This document shows, one piece after another, positions 27,321 through 37,516 of a DNA stretch of 64,000 nt. Numbering within the stretch: position 1 is the stretch's first letter; every line of letters starts with the position of its first letter. The position numbers and the translations under genes were made by a program. The stretch is from a virus (Duplodnaviria; Caudoviricetes). The notes below the pieces were generated by a model. The model ran no database searches, was not told the DNA's origin, and saw nothing but the letters and a program-made list of their open reading frames with translations. The stretch lies in IMG/VR virus record IMGVR_UViG_3300028591_000082; one strand, given 5' to 3'.

Positions 27321-28046
27321 TTAAATAGTCAAGATTTTTACTTCATTGGTTATAGTATCAATTATTGCTCCAACATTTCTTGCACTTGAATCTGTAATTA
27401 CAAATTTTACATCTGCAGGCTCGTCAACTTCTGACACAATAATATTGTCTCCTTTTTTGAGAATAATTCTTGCTGAATCATTAATTTCTGTATGACCAAT
27501 AGCCTGATTATAACCACTAACACTTGATTTTATAAGTGCAGAAGGTCTAATCCAAGTGCAGCCCTCAAGAGTAGAATTACCATAAGGCTCTATACTGTTC
27601 TTGCCAAAGATTTGATAATCACCCCAGTAGTAATGGTCATTGATATCATCAATTGAATCAAGACCTTTATTTACCATCCACTCTCTAGACACACCTGCGT
27701 GACTAAAAATCCAATGATCTTTTATAAAGACCATAGCAAACTCTTTCTTATTACGCTTGAGATATTCTTCAACATCATAAGCATAAATAAGCTGATGACC
27801 ACTTACAATTTCTCCAATTAAATAAGCGACATCATGATTACCAAGAAGAACTTTTACCTTGTCAGGATTTGCTCTTTTGAAATCGAGGATTTGCATAAGT
27901 ATAGGTTTCTGATCATTCCATTTGCTATAGAATGAGTCAGCGTAATCACCTGGGAATACGACCATATCTACTTCATTGATGTATTTCTTTGCAAGTTCAA
28001 GAGGCGTCTTATCGCCATGAACATCGCTAACTTGTAATACTTTCAT
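27321..28046 (-). CDS. calcineurin-like metallophosphoesterase (paralog)
   Basis: SDVHG, GDYAD, GNHD, SHAG, IGHT motifs. Confidence 0.9.
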   Translation of the reverse strand: MKVLQVSDVHGDKTPLELAKKYINEVDMVVFPGDYADSFYSKWNDQKPILMQILDFKRANPDKVKVLLGNHDVAYLIGEIVSGHQLIYAYDVEEYLKRNKKEFAMVFIKDHWIFSHAGVSREWMVNKGLDSIDDINDHYYWGDYQIFGKNSIEPYGNSTLEGCTWIRPSALIKSSVSGYNQAIGHTEINDSARIILKKGDNIIVSEVDEPADVKFVITDSSARNVGAIIDTITNEVKILTI

Positions 28047-28111
28047 TTGACGCCTCCTTTATTTGTCATAAATATATTATAACACGAAAAAATTATCTGA
28101 ACAGGGTGCAG

Positions 28112-28387
28112 TTATGCTACACTTAAAACATCAAAACAATTTTCGCACAACACATGATCTTCGTCGTCGAGATAACAGTCAGTACCACCAGAATCTATCT
28201 CACGACCACATTCTGAACATATACGACCTTCGTTTGCCCATTCATACAGGAACTCTGTATCTTCTTCACAATAAGGGCAAACATTATCTTCTGTTACTTC
28301 TTCTGCTGCCATAGACACACCACATTGTGTGCACTCGCAGTTAACAATATAGTCTTCATTAAGAGTAAATTTTTTCAAGTTGAACAT
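28112..28387 (-). CDS. acidic zinc-ribbon protein
   Basis: four CxxC pairs. Confidence 0.7.
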   Translation of the reverse strand: MFNLKKFTLNEDYIVNCECTQCGVSMAAEEVTEDNVCPYCEEDTEFLYEWANEGRICSECGREIDSGGTDCYLDDEDHVLCENCFDVLSVA

Positions 28388-28389
28388 AA

Positions 28390-29073
28390 TTATGCTCCTA
28401 TGGCTTTAAGCCCAAATTGTCTGTTAAGAGAAATGCTATCACCAGCAGCTTTTCCTTCGCGATAAGCATCTGTCATTGATGCTGTTGCCTGAATTCTTTT
28501 TCCTTTACGAAGCATTGGATACTTTTCGTGTGCAAATGCCTTTACTTCATCCATTGGAATAATTCCCCAACCATCTTTTTCATTTGATCTTGGTTTTATT
28601 GAAAAAATCTTTGCGGACAAAGCATTTGCTACACCAAGGCAGTAAGAATTTCTTCTTGCTGTATCTGAGTGATATTGTTCTCTTGCTTCTTTCATTGTCT
28701 TGTCATGGATCCAATTGTACATAATCCCAAGTGTAACACGATTTGCTTCACGACCAATAACATCAATTTTTACTTTGCGAGAACCTGCATTACAATAAAC
28801 AAGATGACAGTCAAAGTAATAAGCAAGAGAAGAAATAAGAATTTTCTTCCAGTTGTAATATGTCTTACCATCTTCGTCGTCATTGAGCCAATTAGCACCA
28901 AGTTCACCAAGAGTTTCTTCACGAGAGTGAGCAGCAAGATCACCGTCTGTTACTCCATGTGCTGTCATAAGCTCTCGAGCCTTACAAAGACAAAGTTCTG
29001 CTTCTGCTTCAAAGTTTGTGCCATTTGCTCTATCTAAAAGTTTCTGAATTTTTTCTACAATTTTTGCGTCCAT
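28390..29073 (-). CDS. DUF2786-like protein
   Basis: N-terminal KIQKLL.RA....EAE....KA.ELM..HG signature. Confidence 0.7.
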   Translation of the reverse strand: MDAKIVEKIQKLLDRANGTNFEAEAELCLCKARELMTAHGVTDGDLAAHSREETLGELGANWLNDDEDGKTYYNWKKILISSLAYYFDCHLVYCNAGSRKVKIDVIGREANRVTLGIMYNWIHDKTMKEAREQYHSDTARRNSYCLGVANALSAKIFSIKPRSNEKDGWGIIPMDEVKAFAHEKYPMLRKGKRIQATASMTDAYREGKAAGDSISLNRQFGLKAIGA

Positions 29074-29185
29074 ACGCGTCCCCCTTATAGATATATTATA
29101 CTACGAAAATATTAGTTTAACAGGGTGCAAAAAATCTAGCCCACAAAATAATATTTTGTGGGCAAATATATATGAGTAAAACATA

Positions 29186-29509
29186 CTATATCTTAACAAA
29201 CCTTGTAGTTTTATTATAAAGAATTTCTTTTAATGCATAAAACATTATCTCTCTCATTTCTTCACAATTACTAAGCTTTGCATTACGATAACCAAGTTCT
29301 TTTAAAAAATGATTGCATCCTGTTGATTCTATCCCAAACTTATCATTAAGTGGGCATAAATCACAATCATGTGGAAATAAGTTATTGCGTAAATTATTAT
29401 AATAAGTTTTTATTAAAGACTTACCAATATCATTTGTATGAATAAAATCTTTAACACCGACAACTAAATGTCCAAAGTATATTTTATCTACGCGTTTTGG
29501 AAGCTTCAT
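29186..29509 (-). CDS. CxxC family protein, tail RFVKI
   Basis: CDLCP..C..C. Confidence 0.75.
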   Translation of the reverse strand: MKLPKRVDKIYFGHLVVGVKDFIHTNDIGKSLIKTYYNNLRNNLFPHDCDLCPLNDKFGIESTGCNHFLKELGYRNAKLSNCEEMREIMFYALKEILYNKTTRFVKI

Positions 29510-30746
29510 TTATAAATTTTAGTCCTTTTTCTGCATACTCGCAGTTTTTTATTTTCCAAGAATCTCCAATATTTTTGTCTTTATCATAATTAATGGTACG
29601 AACAACAACACCTTCGTGCTGGAAATAGTCTTTCCAAAGCTTTTCACCCTTCTTTGGCTTATAAAAATAATCTACTTTTCCATCACCAATAGGCTTCCAG
29701 TATTGTCCTTCTGCAAATGTAACTGCTGTATCAAGATCTGGCATTACATCTTTAAGAATAAACTTTCCAATAACAGGAACAGTTTCAAGATCAAGTTCTT
29801 TACAAACAGAAAGCATTTCTTCAAAACCAAATTGCATTCCAGTAATTGCATCTTTTATTGTATAAACAAAGAGATGAAGATCCTTAAAGCCATAAATATT
29901 TTCTTGTATTCCAGGCCCACATTGCTCACCTTGAATTACGAGTAATTTTCCAGTCTTTTTATAATAATCAAGAATTTTTTTCTTGAGATCATATTTTTCT
30001 GCAATAGCCCAATAATCATTTGAAACTTTTGCACGATAAGCAATATTTCTTGAACAAGTAAAAAAGCAAGTAGGTTTCTTACCTTTTTTATCAAAAAGAT
30101 AAGTTCCACTTTGACCTTCCATTTTACAAGTTACATATATTTCATTGTCTGCAAACTTTTCAGTTACATATTTTTTATTCTGAATAGTTGTTTCGTCAGA
30201 TTTTGAAATTATATAAGATGGAAATCCACCAGACTTTGCAGATTTCTTATTGTTAAGAATAATCTTGCCAATCCAACGAGTATATTTATACTTCATAAGA
30301 AAATGTACTAATCCAGTTTGTTTCTTTGGAGATGCTTCTTCCTGCTCTTCGTATTTTTCAATTTTGAGAAGTTCTGTAATGTCGTCACCAGCCTTGAGTT
30401 TGTTTATAGTTTTTTCGTTAAGACCAATTTGATCAAGTCGAAGAACAAGACCCCAAGAACGAATTTCCTTAAATTTCTTTACCTTAATAAGATATTTATT
30501 AAGATCTGGCTTATAACATTTAAGATTCATAAGAAATGCCCAAGTGCCAACTGCATTTCCATCTTTATCAATTTCTGCTGGAAGTAATGCACCTTCTTGA
30601 ATAAAAGCAACAAGATCACCAGGTTGAATATCTTTACCTACCATAGCTTCATAGCCATTTTCAACCATAGAAATTCCATGAACACGATCTTTTCCTTCAA
30701 GTGCCCAAGCTTTATCTACTGTACAAACAGATGCCAAATCTCTCAT
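29484..30746 (-). CDS. RNA ligase (Rnl2/DRB0094-like)
   Basis: N-terminal OB-like domain; nucleotidyltransferase motifs KMEG, QGE, F, EGVV, KIK. Confidence 0.85.
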   Translation of the reverse strand: MRDLASVCTVDKAWALEGKDRVHGISMVENGYEAMVGKDIQPGDLVAFIQEGALLPAEIDKDGNAVGTWAFLMNLKCYKPDLNKYLIKVKKFKEIRSWGLVLRLDQIGLNEKTINKLKAGDDITELLKIEKYEEQEEASPKKQTGLVHFLMKYKYTRWIGKIILNNKKSAKSGGFPSYIISKSDETTIQNKKYVTEKFADNEIYVTCKMEGQSGTYLFDKKGKKPTCFFTCSRNIAYRAKVSNDYWAIAEKYDLKKKILDYYKKTGKLLVIQGEQCGPGIQENIYGFKDLHLFVYTIKDAITGMQFGFEEMLSVCKELDLETVPVIGKFILKDVMPDLDTAVTFAEGQYWKPIGDGKVDYFYKPKKGEKLWKDYFQHEGVVVRTINYDKDKNIGDSWKIKNCEYAEKGLKFINEASKTRR

Positions 30747-30813
30747 TTTATTATCCCCCAATATACATATATATTATACAACTAAAAAATTATTTTAGCA
30801 GGGTGCAAACTTT

Positions 30814-31140
30814 TTAAATCTTAACAATTCTTGCTTTATTGAGAATATGTTCTAGTATTTGAGTTATTACTTCTCTTTCCTCTCTACAGGTTAATCCATA
30901 AGCTTCATTGTATCCAAGATCTTCCAAAAAAGAATTACAGCCAACATAATATGTTGTACTAAATGCATCATTTAATGGACAATGACGACAGACAAGTACT
31001 GTTTTTGATGTATCTTTTAAAGATACTAAATTTTTATAAAAATAAATTATTTTTTCTCTTGAGATTTTTTTATATTTAATAAACTTAGCAGCACCTATAG
31101 TTGCCTGTTCTACTCTACTTTTAAGTATTCTACTTGGCAT
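30814..31140 (-). CDS. CxxC family protein, tail RIVKI
   Basis: CRHCP..C..C; paralog of 29186. Confidence 0.75.
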   Translation of the reverse strand: MPSRILKSRVEQATIGAAKFIKYKKISREKIIYFYKNLVSLKDTSKTVLVCRHCPLNDAFSTTYYVGCNSFLEDLGYNEAYGLTCREEREVITQILEHILNKARIVKI

Positions 31141-31714
31141 TTTTTAATATCTCTCCAAATGTTCTTGGAGTATAATCCATATAATCAATCATACATCCAA
31201 CATTATACATTCTGCAGCAATTCGGATCCTCACCAATACTCTTGTAAGAATCCATTACTTCTTTCTGAAATTTCTTTACAAGAGTATAATCATTTGAATT
31301 ATGAACATGACCATAAAAATGTACAGAACCTCTGTGCTGTCCTTTGAAAAACAAAATTGGATAATGCGACATTATAAGAAGTGTTGGAACTCCTTTGTCA
31401 AACTCTGTAATTTCTTCATAATCAGAAATCTTATCAAATAATTTAACAAAAGTTCTATCTTTTAAAATCCTTCCGTCGTGATTTCCTTTTATGAGAATTT
31501 TATGACCCTTTAACTTCTTTAATATCTCTATTGTTTCTGTATTAGAACGCCAAGAAATATCACCGAGAATATAAACTGTGTCTTCGTCTTTTATGACCTT
31601 ATTCCATCTTTTGATAATTTCAGCGTCCATCTCTTCAGTATCTTCGAATGGGCGGTGGTCATACTTTAACACATTTGCGTGTCCGAAGTGTAAATCTGAT
31701 ATATAATAATTCAT
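31130..31714 (-). CDS. metallophosphoesterase (phage type)
   Basis: SDLHFGH, GD, GNHD, SHYP, GHVH motifs. Confidence 0.9.
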   Translation of the reverse strand: MNYYISDLHFGHANVLKYDHRPFEDTEEMDAEIIKRWNKVIKDEDTVYILGDISWRSNTETIEILKKLKGHKILIKGNHDGRILKDRTFVKLFDKISDYEEITEFDKGVPTLLIMSHYPILFFKGQHRGSVHFYGHVHNSNDYTLVKKFQKEVMDSYKSIGEDPNCCRMYNVGCMIDYMDYTPRTFGEILKNAK

Positions 31715-31715
31715 T

Positions 31716-31982
31716 TTATTTTCCTCGCTTTGGTTTTGCATCTATAAACTCTCTTGCTTCAGCAAAAGACATTCTTACAACTCTATGGTCTAAAGCATTT
31801 TCAATTCTTGCTTCAATACTTCCATCTGAGAGAAGTAAATATTCTCCCGTAACTCTATCCATTTTTATACCGACAAGTTCAAGAGGTGCCTTGTATACAT
31901 ATCCACTATAGAACTGTCTTACATAGAGCATTCCATTTTCTTTATGATTTTTACTCTTTACTAATCTTCCACTTATATACAT
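31716..31982 (-). CDS. hypothetical protein
   Basis: box promoter at 32028. Confidence 0.65.
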   Translation of the reverse strand: MYISGRLVKSKNHKENGMLYVRQFYSGYVYKAPLELVGIKMDRVTGEYLLLSDGSIEARIENALDHRVVRMSFAEAREFIDAKPKRGK

Positions 31983-32240
31983 ACATATCCCCTATGCATA
32001 TATTATATCATAAAAAATACACTTTAACAGGGTGTAAAAAATAAGAGGAAAATATTAAATAACATCTTTTTCTATTATATCTTCAAAACCTTTCGTAAAA
32101 GTTATATCGTCCATTATTTGATCGATATCAGGTTCTTTTTTGTCTACAGTTTCAATAGTTTCTGAAGATATTTGCTCAGTTATATTTTGAGCATTTTTAT
32201 CATTTTTATCATTTTCGATAGACACCTACAAATCTCCTAT

Positions 32241-32963
32241 TTAGGCAGCTCTATGCTTTTTTGCTATTTCTTGAGCTTTAAAATAATTAAACCAGTCATT
32301 GTAAGAAATGTAAATAAATTTTCTTTCTTTTGTTTTTTCACTTTCAAATATTAAAGGTCTATATTCTACAAGCCCATTATTTATTTTAAAATCTTCTTCC
32401 ATACAAACACCTATAGGAAGAAAACCTTTTAGTTTTTTATTTAAAAGATCTTCTAATTGTATTGGCGGTGGATCTTCCCTTACTTTTACAAAATCTCCTT
32501 GAATATTTTCTGTGTCAATTTCTTCTGAATTTATATTATTTGTAATAAAAGAAAAATCATAATATTCTTCTTCTGCAGATGGCAATTCTTCCAAGTCACT
32601 TTCAAAATCTTCTTCTATTTCTTCAAGGGCCCCAACAAACTGATCATCGAAAAAATCGTCACTTCCAGGATATTCCTTGTATGCTTTTTTTTCTTCAATA
32701 TATTCTTCCAATGTTATATCCAAATTTACAACTTGAACAATCCTATGTTCCATTGGTTTATACTGTTCGTATTTATCATCCTCTCTTCTTAAAAAACCAG
32801 AAATTGATATTTTTGATGGATCTTTCATAAGGTCTTCAAGCTCTTTTTCGCTAACACTATATACAGATTCATAGTATCCATGTTTAATAATCCAAACATA
32901 AGATGGATTTACCTCGTATATATATGTTTTACTTTCCGATAATTTACATATTTTCAAAAGCAT
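32241..32963 (-). CDS. acidic hypothetical protein
   Basis: 240 aa; AAGGA RBS. Confidence 0.7.
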   Translation of the reverse strand: MLLKICKLSESKTYIYEVNPSYVWIIKHGYYESVYSVSEKELEDLMKDPSKISISGFLRREDDKYEQYKPMEHRIVQVVNLDITLEEYIEEKKAYKEYPGSDDFFDDQFVGALEEIEEDFESDLEELPSAEEEYYDFSFITNNINSEEIDTENIQGDFVKVREDPPPIQLEDLLNKKLKGFLPIGVCMEEDFKINNGLVEYRPLIFESEKTKERKFIYISYNDWFNYFKAQEIAKKHRAA

Positions 32964-33234
32964 ATTTTTTTATCCTTATATCCCAAAACAAAATAAGGGA
33001 AGCATCGAAACTTTCAACGCTTCCCAAGAAGTAAGAGGTGAGTATTATTTATTCGTCGAGAACACTATAGTCGACGAACTCTTCCGATTTACCTTCAATT
33101 TTTCTTCGAAGTTTTTCTGCTTCGGCAACTGAAATCTTTATACCGTTGTAATCAACACTTAAAGAGCCATTGCTTTCAACATTAATCGTTCCGACATTTT
33201 TTATAAATCTTGTTCTGCCCATTTTACTTCTCCC

Positions 33235-33753
33235 TTATACAGCAAAAATATAAACTTTTACATCACCACTTTCTTCATAGTCAAATGAAACTTCACTTTT
33301 ATCTTCTGGATCAACTCCTTCTGTATAAAAGTAATCGTTATAAAGAGAAATAAAGCCAATCATTTTTTGACAAGTAGAAATCTTATAAGCAAAATCATTT
33401 GCGTCATCTTCAAGATAAGCAATATCATCTTCGAGCTGTTGTTTCTGCTCTGCATCAAGTTTGTAATACTCAACGCTATTTTTTATTGCTTTCTTTACTG
33501 CGGCTTCTTGAATCATTTCACGATACTTTCGTTCGTAAATTTCAGAAGCATTTGCAAATGAATTAAGATCATACCATTCTCCAAAAGAATCTTTTGTACC
33601 ACTTGGAGTAGGAAGATCACATTTGCAAGGAACAATTTCTTCGTCAAGATGTGCAGAATATCGAGTCTGATTTACATTCTTAAGTTCATTGAAACAAGCG
33701 TTAAACTGAAGTTTACCGTTCTTAAAAAGTTTGAAATGGATATCGTATCCCAT
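33235..33753 (-). CDS. hypothetical protein
   Basis: GGGGG RBS. Confidence 0.7.
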   Translation of the reverse strand: MGYDIHFKLFKNGKLQFNACFNELKNVNQTRYSAHLDEEIVPCKCDLPTPSGTKDSFGEWYDLNSFANASEIYERKYREMIQEAAVKKAIKNSVEYYKLDAEQKQQLEDDIAYLEDDANDFAYKISTCQKMIGFISLYNDYFYTEGVDPEDKSEVSFDYEESGDVKVYIFAV

Positions 33754-33772
33754 ATGATCCCCCTTATTTGTT

Positions 33773-34012
33773 TTATTTTATTTCAATGGTAACACCATTT
33801 TTCTTATGCACAATTACTTTTGCAGCAAGTGTTTTCTTAGAACCAGTTCCTGCCATTTTGTATTTATTTCTGTTCGTTATTTTTTCATTGTTAATCTTAT
33901 CCCATTCTTCGTCAGAGATTTTGAAACTATCACGAACAGCCTGCTTTTCCATAGCCTCACGAACTCTTAATTCTTTGAAGCTCAATCTTTTTCCACCTTT
34001 AAGATTTTTCAT
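33773..34012 (-). CDS. small basic protein
   Basis: GAGGT RBS; box promoter at 34062. Confidence 0.65.
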   Translation of the reverse strand: MKNLKGGKRLSFKELRVREAMEKQAVRDSFKISDEEWDKINNEKITNRNKYKMAGTGSKKTLAAKVIVHKKNGVTIEIK

Positions 34013-34080
34013 TTTATACCTCACCTTACTCTTATATTATATCACGAAAATATCATTTCGACAGGGTGCAAAATTTTTGG

Positions 34081-34410
34081 TTAAATCTTAATATTATTTC
34101 TTGAAGATTGTTCAAGCTCTTTTAATATTTTAAAAGAACTTTTTCTTATATCGTCGCAATTATTCATTGGAAAATAACAATCTGCATAACAATTAACAAG
34201 TTTTATAATTAAAGTACATACAGGAATATCACATCTTCCTGCAAAGATTTCTCCTCTACCTGTTAACATAGTTTTTAATACACAATCAGAGCAAGGAATA
34301 TAATCATGTTCTAATTTTAATTCTCTACTTCTAGGAACTCTACTTATATATTTATTATATGATAAATATGATAATTGTCTTTTTGCTTCTTTCTTTTGTT
34401 CTGAATTCAT
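34081..34410 (-). CDS. CxxC family protein, tail RNNIKI
   Basis: CSDC..C..C. Confidence 0.75.
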   Translation of the reverse strand: MNSEQKKEAKRQLSYLSYNKYISRVPRSRELKLEHDYIPCSDCVLKTMLTGRGEIFAGRCDIPVCTLIIKLVNCYADCYFPMNNCDDIRKSSFKILKELEQSSRNNIKI

Positions 34411-35045
34411 TTTACATTCCTGAAACTAGATTTCTTATCAAAACCGTGATTTTCTATTTTCTCATTGTTTGAAAGACCTTTACTCTCTGTCTTTTCGCTA
34501 TTCTCTTGCAAAGCAGTAAAATATTCTACAAAGGCAAAGTAAATTTCTTCAGCAGAAGTGCAAGAAGGAATACCACTTTCTTTAAGAATTATAATTCCTT
34601 TTTTGTTTCCATAAGGAGCATCTTCTATTACTTTTGAGTAATAATATTTATTAAGAACACATTTTATTATTTCTTCATTTCCCCTTCCATTGTTTTTCCA
34701 GCCAAGCTTCCAAAAATCAACATAAAGTTTTTCAAGAGTAAATTCAGATAAATGATCGTAATCCTTCCATTTATGTATAAGTTCTGTATTAAAATCAATT
34801 ACTTCTCTATACATAGAATCTGATTTTACAACATTTACTTTATAAAGAAATCTTGTATAACCAATAGATAAAAGCAAAACGCAATATTTATTGCCATTAT
34901 CATATGAACGATCGTCTATGCTAAAGTGAGCACACCATTCTTGTCTGGAAATAGATATAGAACCCCTTCTATCAAATGTATAAAAATCGGGGTATATTCC
35001 TTGAAGATAATCGTAAAAGTCTTTGTTTTTATCTATTATTCTCAT
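34407..35045 (-). CDS. hypothetical phage protein
   Basis: MRIIDKNKDFYD...KIENHGFDKKSSFR. Confidence 0.75.
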   Translation of the reverse strand: MRIIDKNKDFYDYLQGIYPDFYTFDRRGSISISRQEWCAHFSIDDRSYDNGNKYCVLLLSIGYTRFLYKVNVVKSDSMYREVIDFNTELIHKWKDYDHLSEFTLEKLYVDFWKLGWKNNGRGNEEIIKCVLNKYYYSKVIEDAPYGNKKGIIILKESGIPSCTSAEEIYFAFVEYFTALQENSEKTESKGLSNNEKIENHGFDKKSSFRNVK

Positions 35046-35095
35046 ATGTGTATTATACAACTAAAAAATTATTTAAGCATGGTGCAGATACTTTG

Positions 35096-35365
35096 TTATT
35101 TTAAATCTAATATATCGTCAAAACTATATATAAAATAATATTTTACTTCTTCTAATATGTCTTTACAACGAATGTAACCAGATCCATCTTTTTGCTTAAT
35201 GTTCATTCCAGGATACATTCTGTTTAACAATTTAATGCAAGAATCAATTCTTAATATTTTCTTTAAAAATCTACAAGGACAATCAATACAATCAATATCA
35301 TCTTCATGTAATTCTGACAATTCATTTACTTTATTTACAATTAATGCACTAAAACTTCTTTCCAT
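35096..35365 (-). CDS. CxxC family protein lacking the tail
   Basis: CIDCPC..C..C. Confidence 0.65.
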   Translation of the reverse strand: MERSFSALIVNKVNELSELHEDDIDCIDCPCRFLKKILRIDSCIKLLNRMYPGMNIKQKDGSGYIRCKDILEEVKYYFIYSFDDILDLK

Positions 35366-35981
35366 ACTTTTCTTCACAATCAACCAAAGCAAATAAAAGT
35401 TCTTTTGATATATTTAGTTTATCAAGAAGTTCCAAATTCTTTGGAATTAAAAACATACAATCTTTATCAAAACCAACTATTTTAATATCTACTTTTTTAC
35501 CATTTAGTAAATCTATAAATTTTTGATTTCCTTCTTTTTTATTATACAAAATAAGATCGCTGCAAGTTCTAAATTCTTCGTTATTAAGAACTGTTTTGTC
35601 AAACTTCTCGATAAACAAATCTGAATTTATTACAAATGCATTATTAAACATTGAAACAAATAAATTTGCAGCCTTTGAGATCAATTTATCAAAATCTTCT
35701 GTATCGTCTGGAAATATAGTAATAAGTGGTTCTACAGGAATTGATACAATTTTTCCATTACCTATAGACTTAATCCAAGATTTAATACATCTTTTTTTGT
35801 GTGGATATTTTTCAAAGTCATAACCTTCGTCAAAATGAAATAATATGTATACCATTTCATTTTCTTTTGTACTTTCAATTACTTCTTTAATAGACCCACA
35901 GCTCATTTCACCACTTTCAGGATCAATTATTGTAACAATTAAAAAATCCCTTAAGTATTCTAAATCTTTATCACTTACCAT
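35349..35981 (-). CDS. hypothetical protein
   Basis: ORF track; start revised to MVSDKD. Confidence 0.65.
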   Translation of the reverse strand: MVSDKDLEYLRDFLIVTIIDPESGEMSCGSIKEVIESTKENEMVYILFHFDEGYDFEKYPHKKRCIKSWIKSIGNGKIVSIPVEPLITIFPDDTEDFDKLISKAANLFVSMFNNAFVINSDLFIEKFDKTVLNNEEFRTCSDLILYNKKEGNQKFIDLLNGKKVDIKIVGFDKDCMFLIPKNLELLDKLNISKELLFALVDCEEKYGKKF

Positions 35982-35997
35982 TTTATTCCCAAAAATA

Positions 35998-36486
35998 TTA
36001 GTCGTCTTTCTGATTAAAATATGAAGCAAGAATTTCAGATAATTGCTTTGCTTCATTAGCTGTTACTAAATCTTTATCTTTAATAAAGACAGATTTTTCG
36101 CTGCCAACTCCTACGAGTTTTGAAAGATTTATAATCTTCCTACAAAGAGTTCCATCTCCACCGACATCTTCACATCTGTCGGGCCAGGCAACACACTTCT
36201 CTTTATCTTTTGCAGAACAAGGATAACAAATTTCTACAAAATCAGAAGAAGGCATAATTACTTCTTCGGCTTTTCCATCAACACAACAAGAATTAATGAA
36301 GTCAATAAAGCACTGGTCGTCAACCATCTTTGCAACTTCCTGCTCAGAAATTTCTTTTCCAACTGGAGTTAAGTCATTATGACCCTGACAATAAAACCTC
36401 CAAAGAATTTCTTTGAAAGGAACAGGCTCCCAATCTTTTCTTGAGGCTTCGTAAAACTTTTCAAAATTTTCTCTTAAGTCTTTCAT
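35998..36486 (-). CDS. Cys-containing hypothetical protein
   Basis: GGAG RBS. Confidence 0.7.
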   Translation of the reverse strand: MKDLRENFEKFYEASRKDWEPVPFKEILWRFYCQGHNDLTPVGKEISEQEVAKMVDDQCFIDFINSCCVDGKAEEVIMPSSDFVEICYPCSAKDKEKCVAWPDRCEDVGGDGTLCRKIINLSKLVGVGSEKSVFIKDKDLVTANEAKQLSEILASYFNQKDD

Positions 36487-36488
36487 TG

Positions 36489-36839
36489 CTATATCTCCAA
36501 TTTTTCTCTAGTGTCTTTGACACCATTTATTCTTTTAACCTGAATCCAAATCCAACGGCAATCGTCGTCAGAAACCGTAATGTGTGCATTATTTAATAAT
36601 TCTTCAAATGTAAATTTACCGTTATACATACACCACATTACATTATATTCACCATTTTGATGGGCAGCATCTGCAGCCTCTTCGCTTTCAACAAATTTTG
36701 CGTCAAAATCTGAGCAAATTTCTTCTACAGCTTTTCTTATTTTTGGAAATGATCTTTTATTAAAATAAAAAGGACTACAATAATCATAATCACCATTGTA
36801 ATCTTTTGCTTCAATTATTACGATTTTTTCGTCTTTCAT
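36489..36839 (-). CDS. hypothetical protein
   Basis: ORF track. Confidence 0.7.
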   Translation of the reverse strand: MKDEKIVIIEAKDYNGDYDYCSPFYFNKRSFPKIRKAVEEICSDFDAKFVESEEAADAAHQNGEYNVMWCMYNGKFTFEELLNNAHITVSDDDCRWIWIQVKRINGVKDTREKLEI

Positions 36840-36849
36840 TGTTATATAA

Positions 36850-36949
36850 AAGTCAGAACTACCTTCGTAGAAACAGGACTCGAACCCATATTCACATCTT
36901 ATATTGATGGTATGCTACCAATTACATCATTCCACTTTCGTTCTGACTT
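36850..36949 (-). ncRNA. tRNA-like cloverleaf enclosed by a 10-bp terminal stem
   Basis: AAGTCAGAAC...GTTCTGACTT around D arm, loop AATATAA and ATGGG-TTCGAGT-CCTGT. Confidence 0.55.
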
Positions 36950-36957
36950 ATTTCTCC

Positions 36958-37308
36958 TTACTTTTCACTTTTGAATGTATAGAAACCATTTTCCTTAACT
37001 ATCAATCCCTTTTTAAGAGATCCTTCGATAAGCTGTCTTGCATACTTAGGCATCTTTTTCTTTAAGACTACCATTTGCTTATCTGAAAGGAAATTTCTGC
37101 TCTTGTACTGCATAGCAAAAGATGTAAGAAGAGGGGCATCTGATGGAGTAAATCCTACACCATTATTATAATGGGTGTCTCCACTTTCTTGTTCACTCTC
37201 TGTCTGATTTGCAAACACAGTCATAAGACCTTTTACAGCCTGATTATCACGAACTGATAACTGTTCTCTGAGATATGAAATTAAATCATTTTTAGAAGTG
37301 TATTTCAT
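36958..37308 (-). CDS. hypothetical phage protein
   Basis: QT..EQ....T...NGVGF...DA..L.S.A......LS.KQ......KYARQL pattern. Confidence 0.75.
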   Translation of the reverse strand: MKYTSKNDLISYLREQLSVRDNQAVKGLMTVFANQTESEQESGDTHYNNGVGFTPSDAPLLTSFAMQYKSRNFLSDKQMVVLKKKMPKYARQLIEGSLKKGLIVKENGFYTFKSEK

Positions 37309-37516
37309 TTGTCGCCCCCTATATGTATATTATACACCGAAAAATCCATTTCAGCAGGGTGCAAAAAATATTGACATAAAAAATTTAAAAAAATAAAATA
37401 CGAGCAAAGCGAGTAAATACACAATGCTTTCTACTACTTGCAATTCGATTTCTGTTTGTTGGTTCCACTTCGTTTCACCAACAAACAGAAATAAGGGGAC
37501 ATAGTCCCCTTATGAT

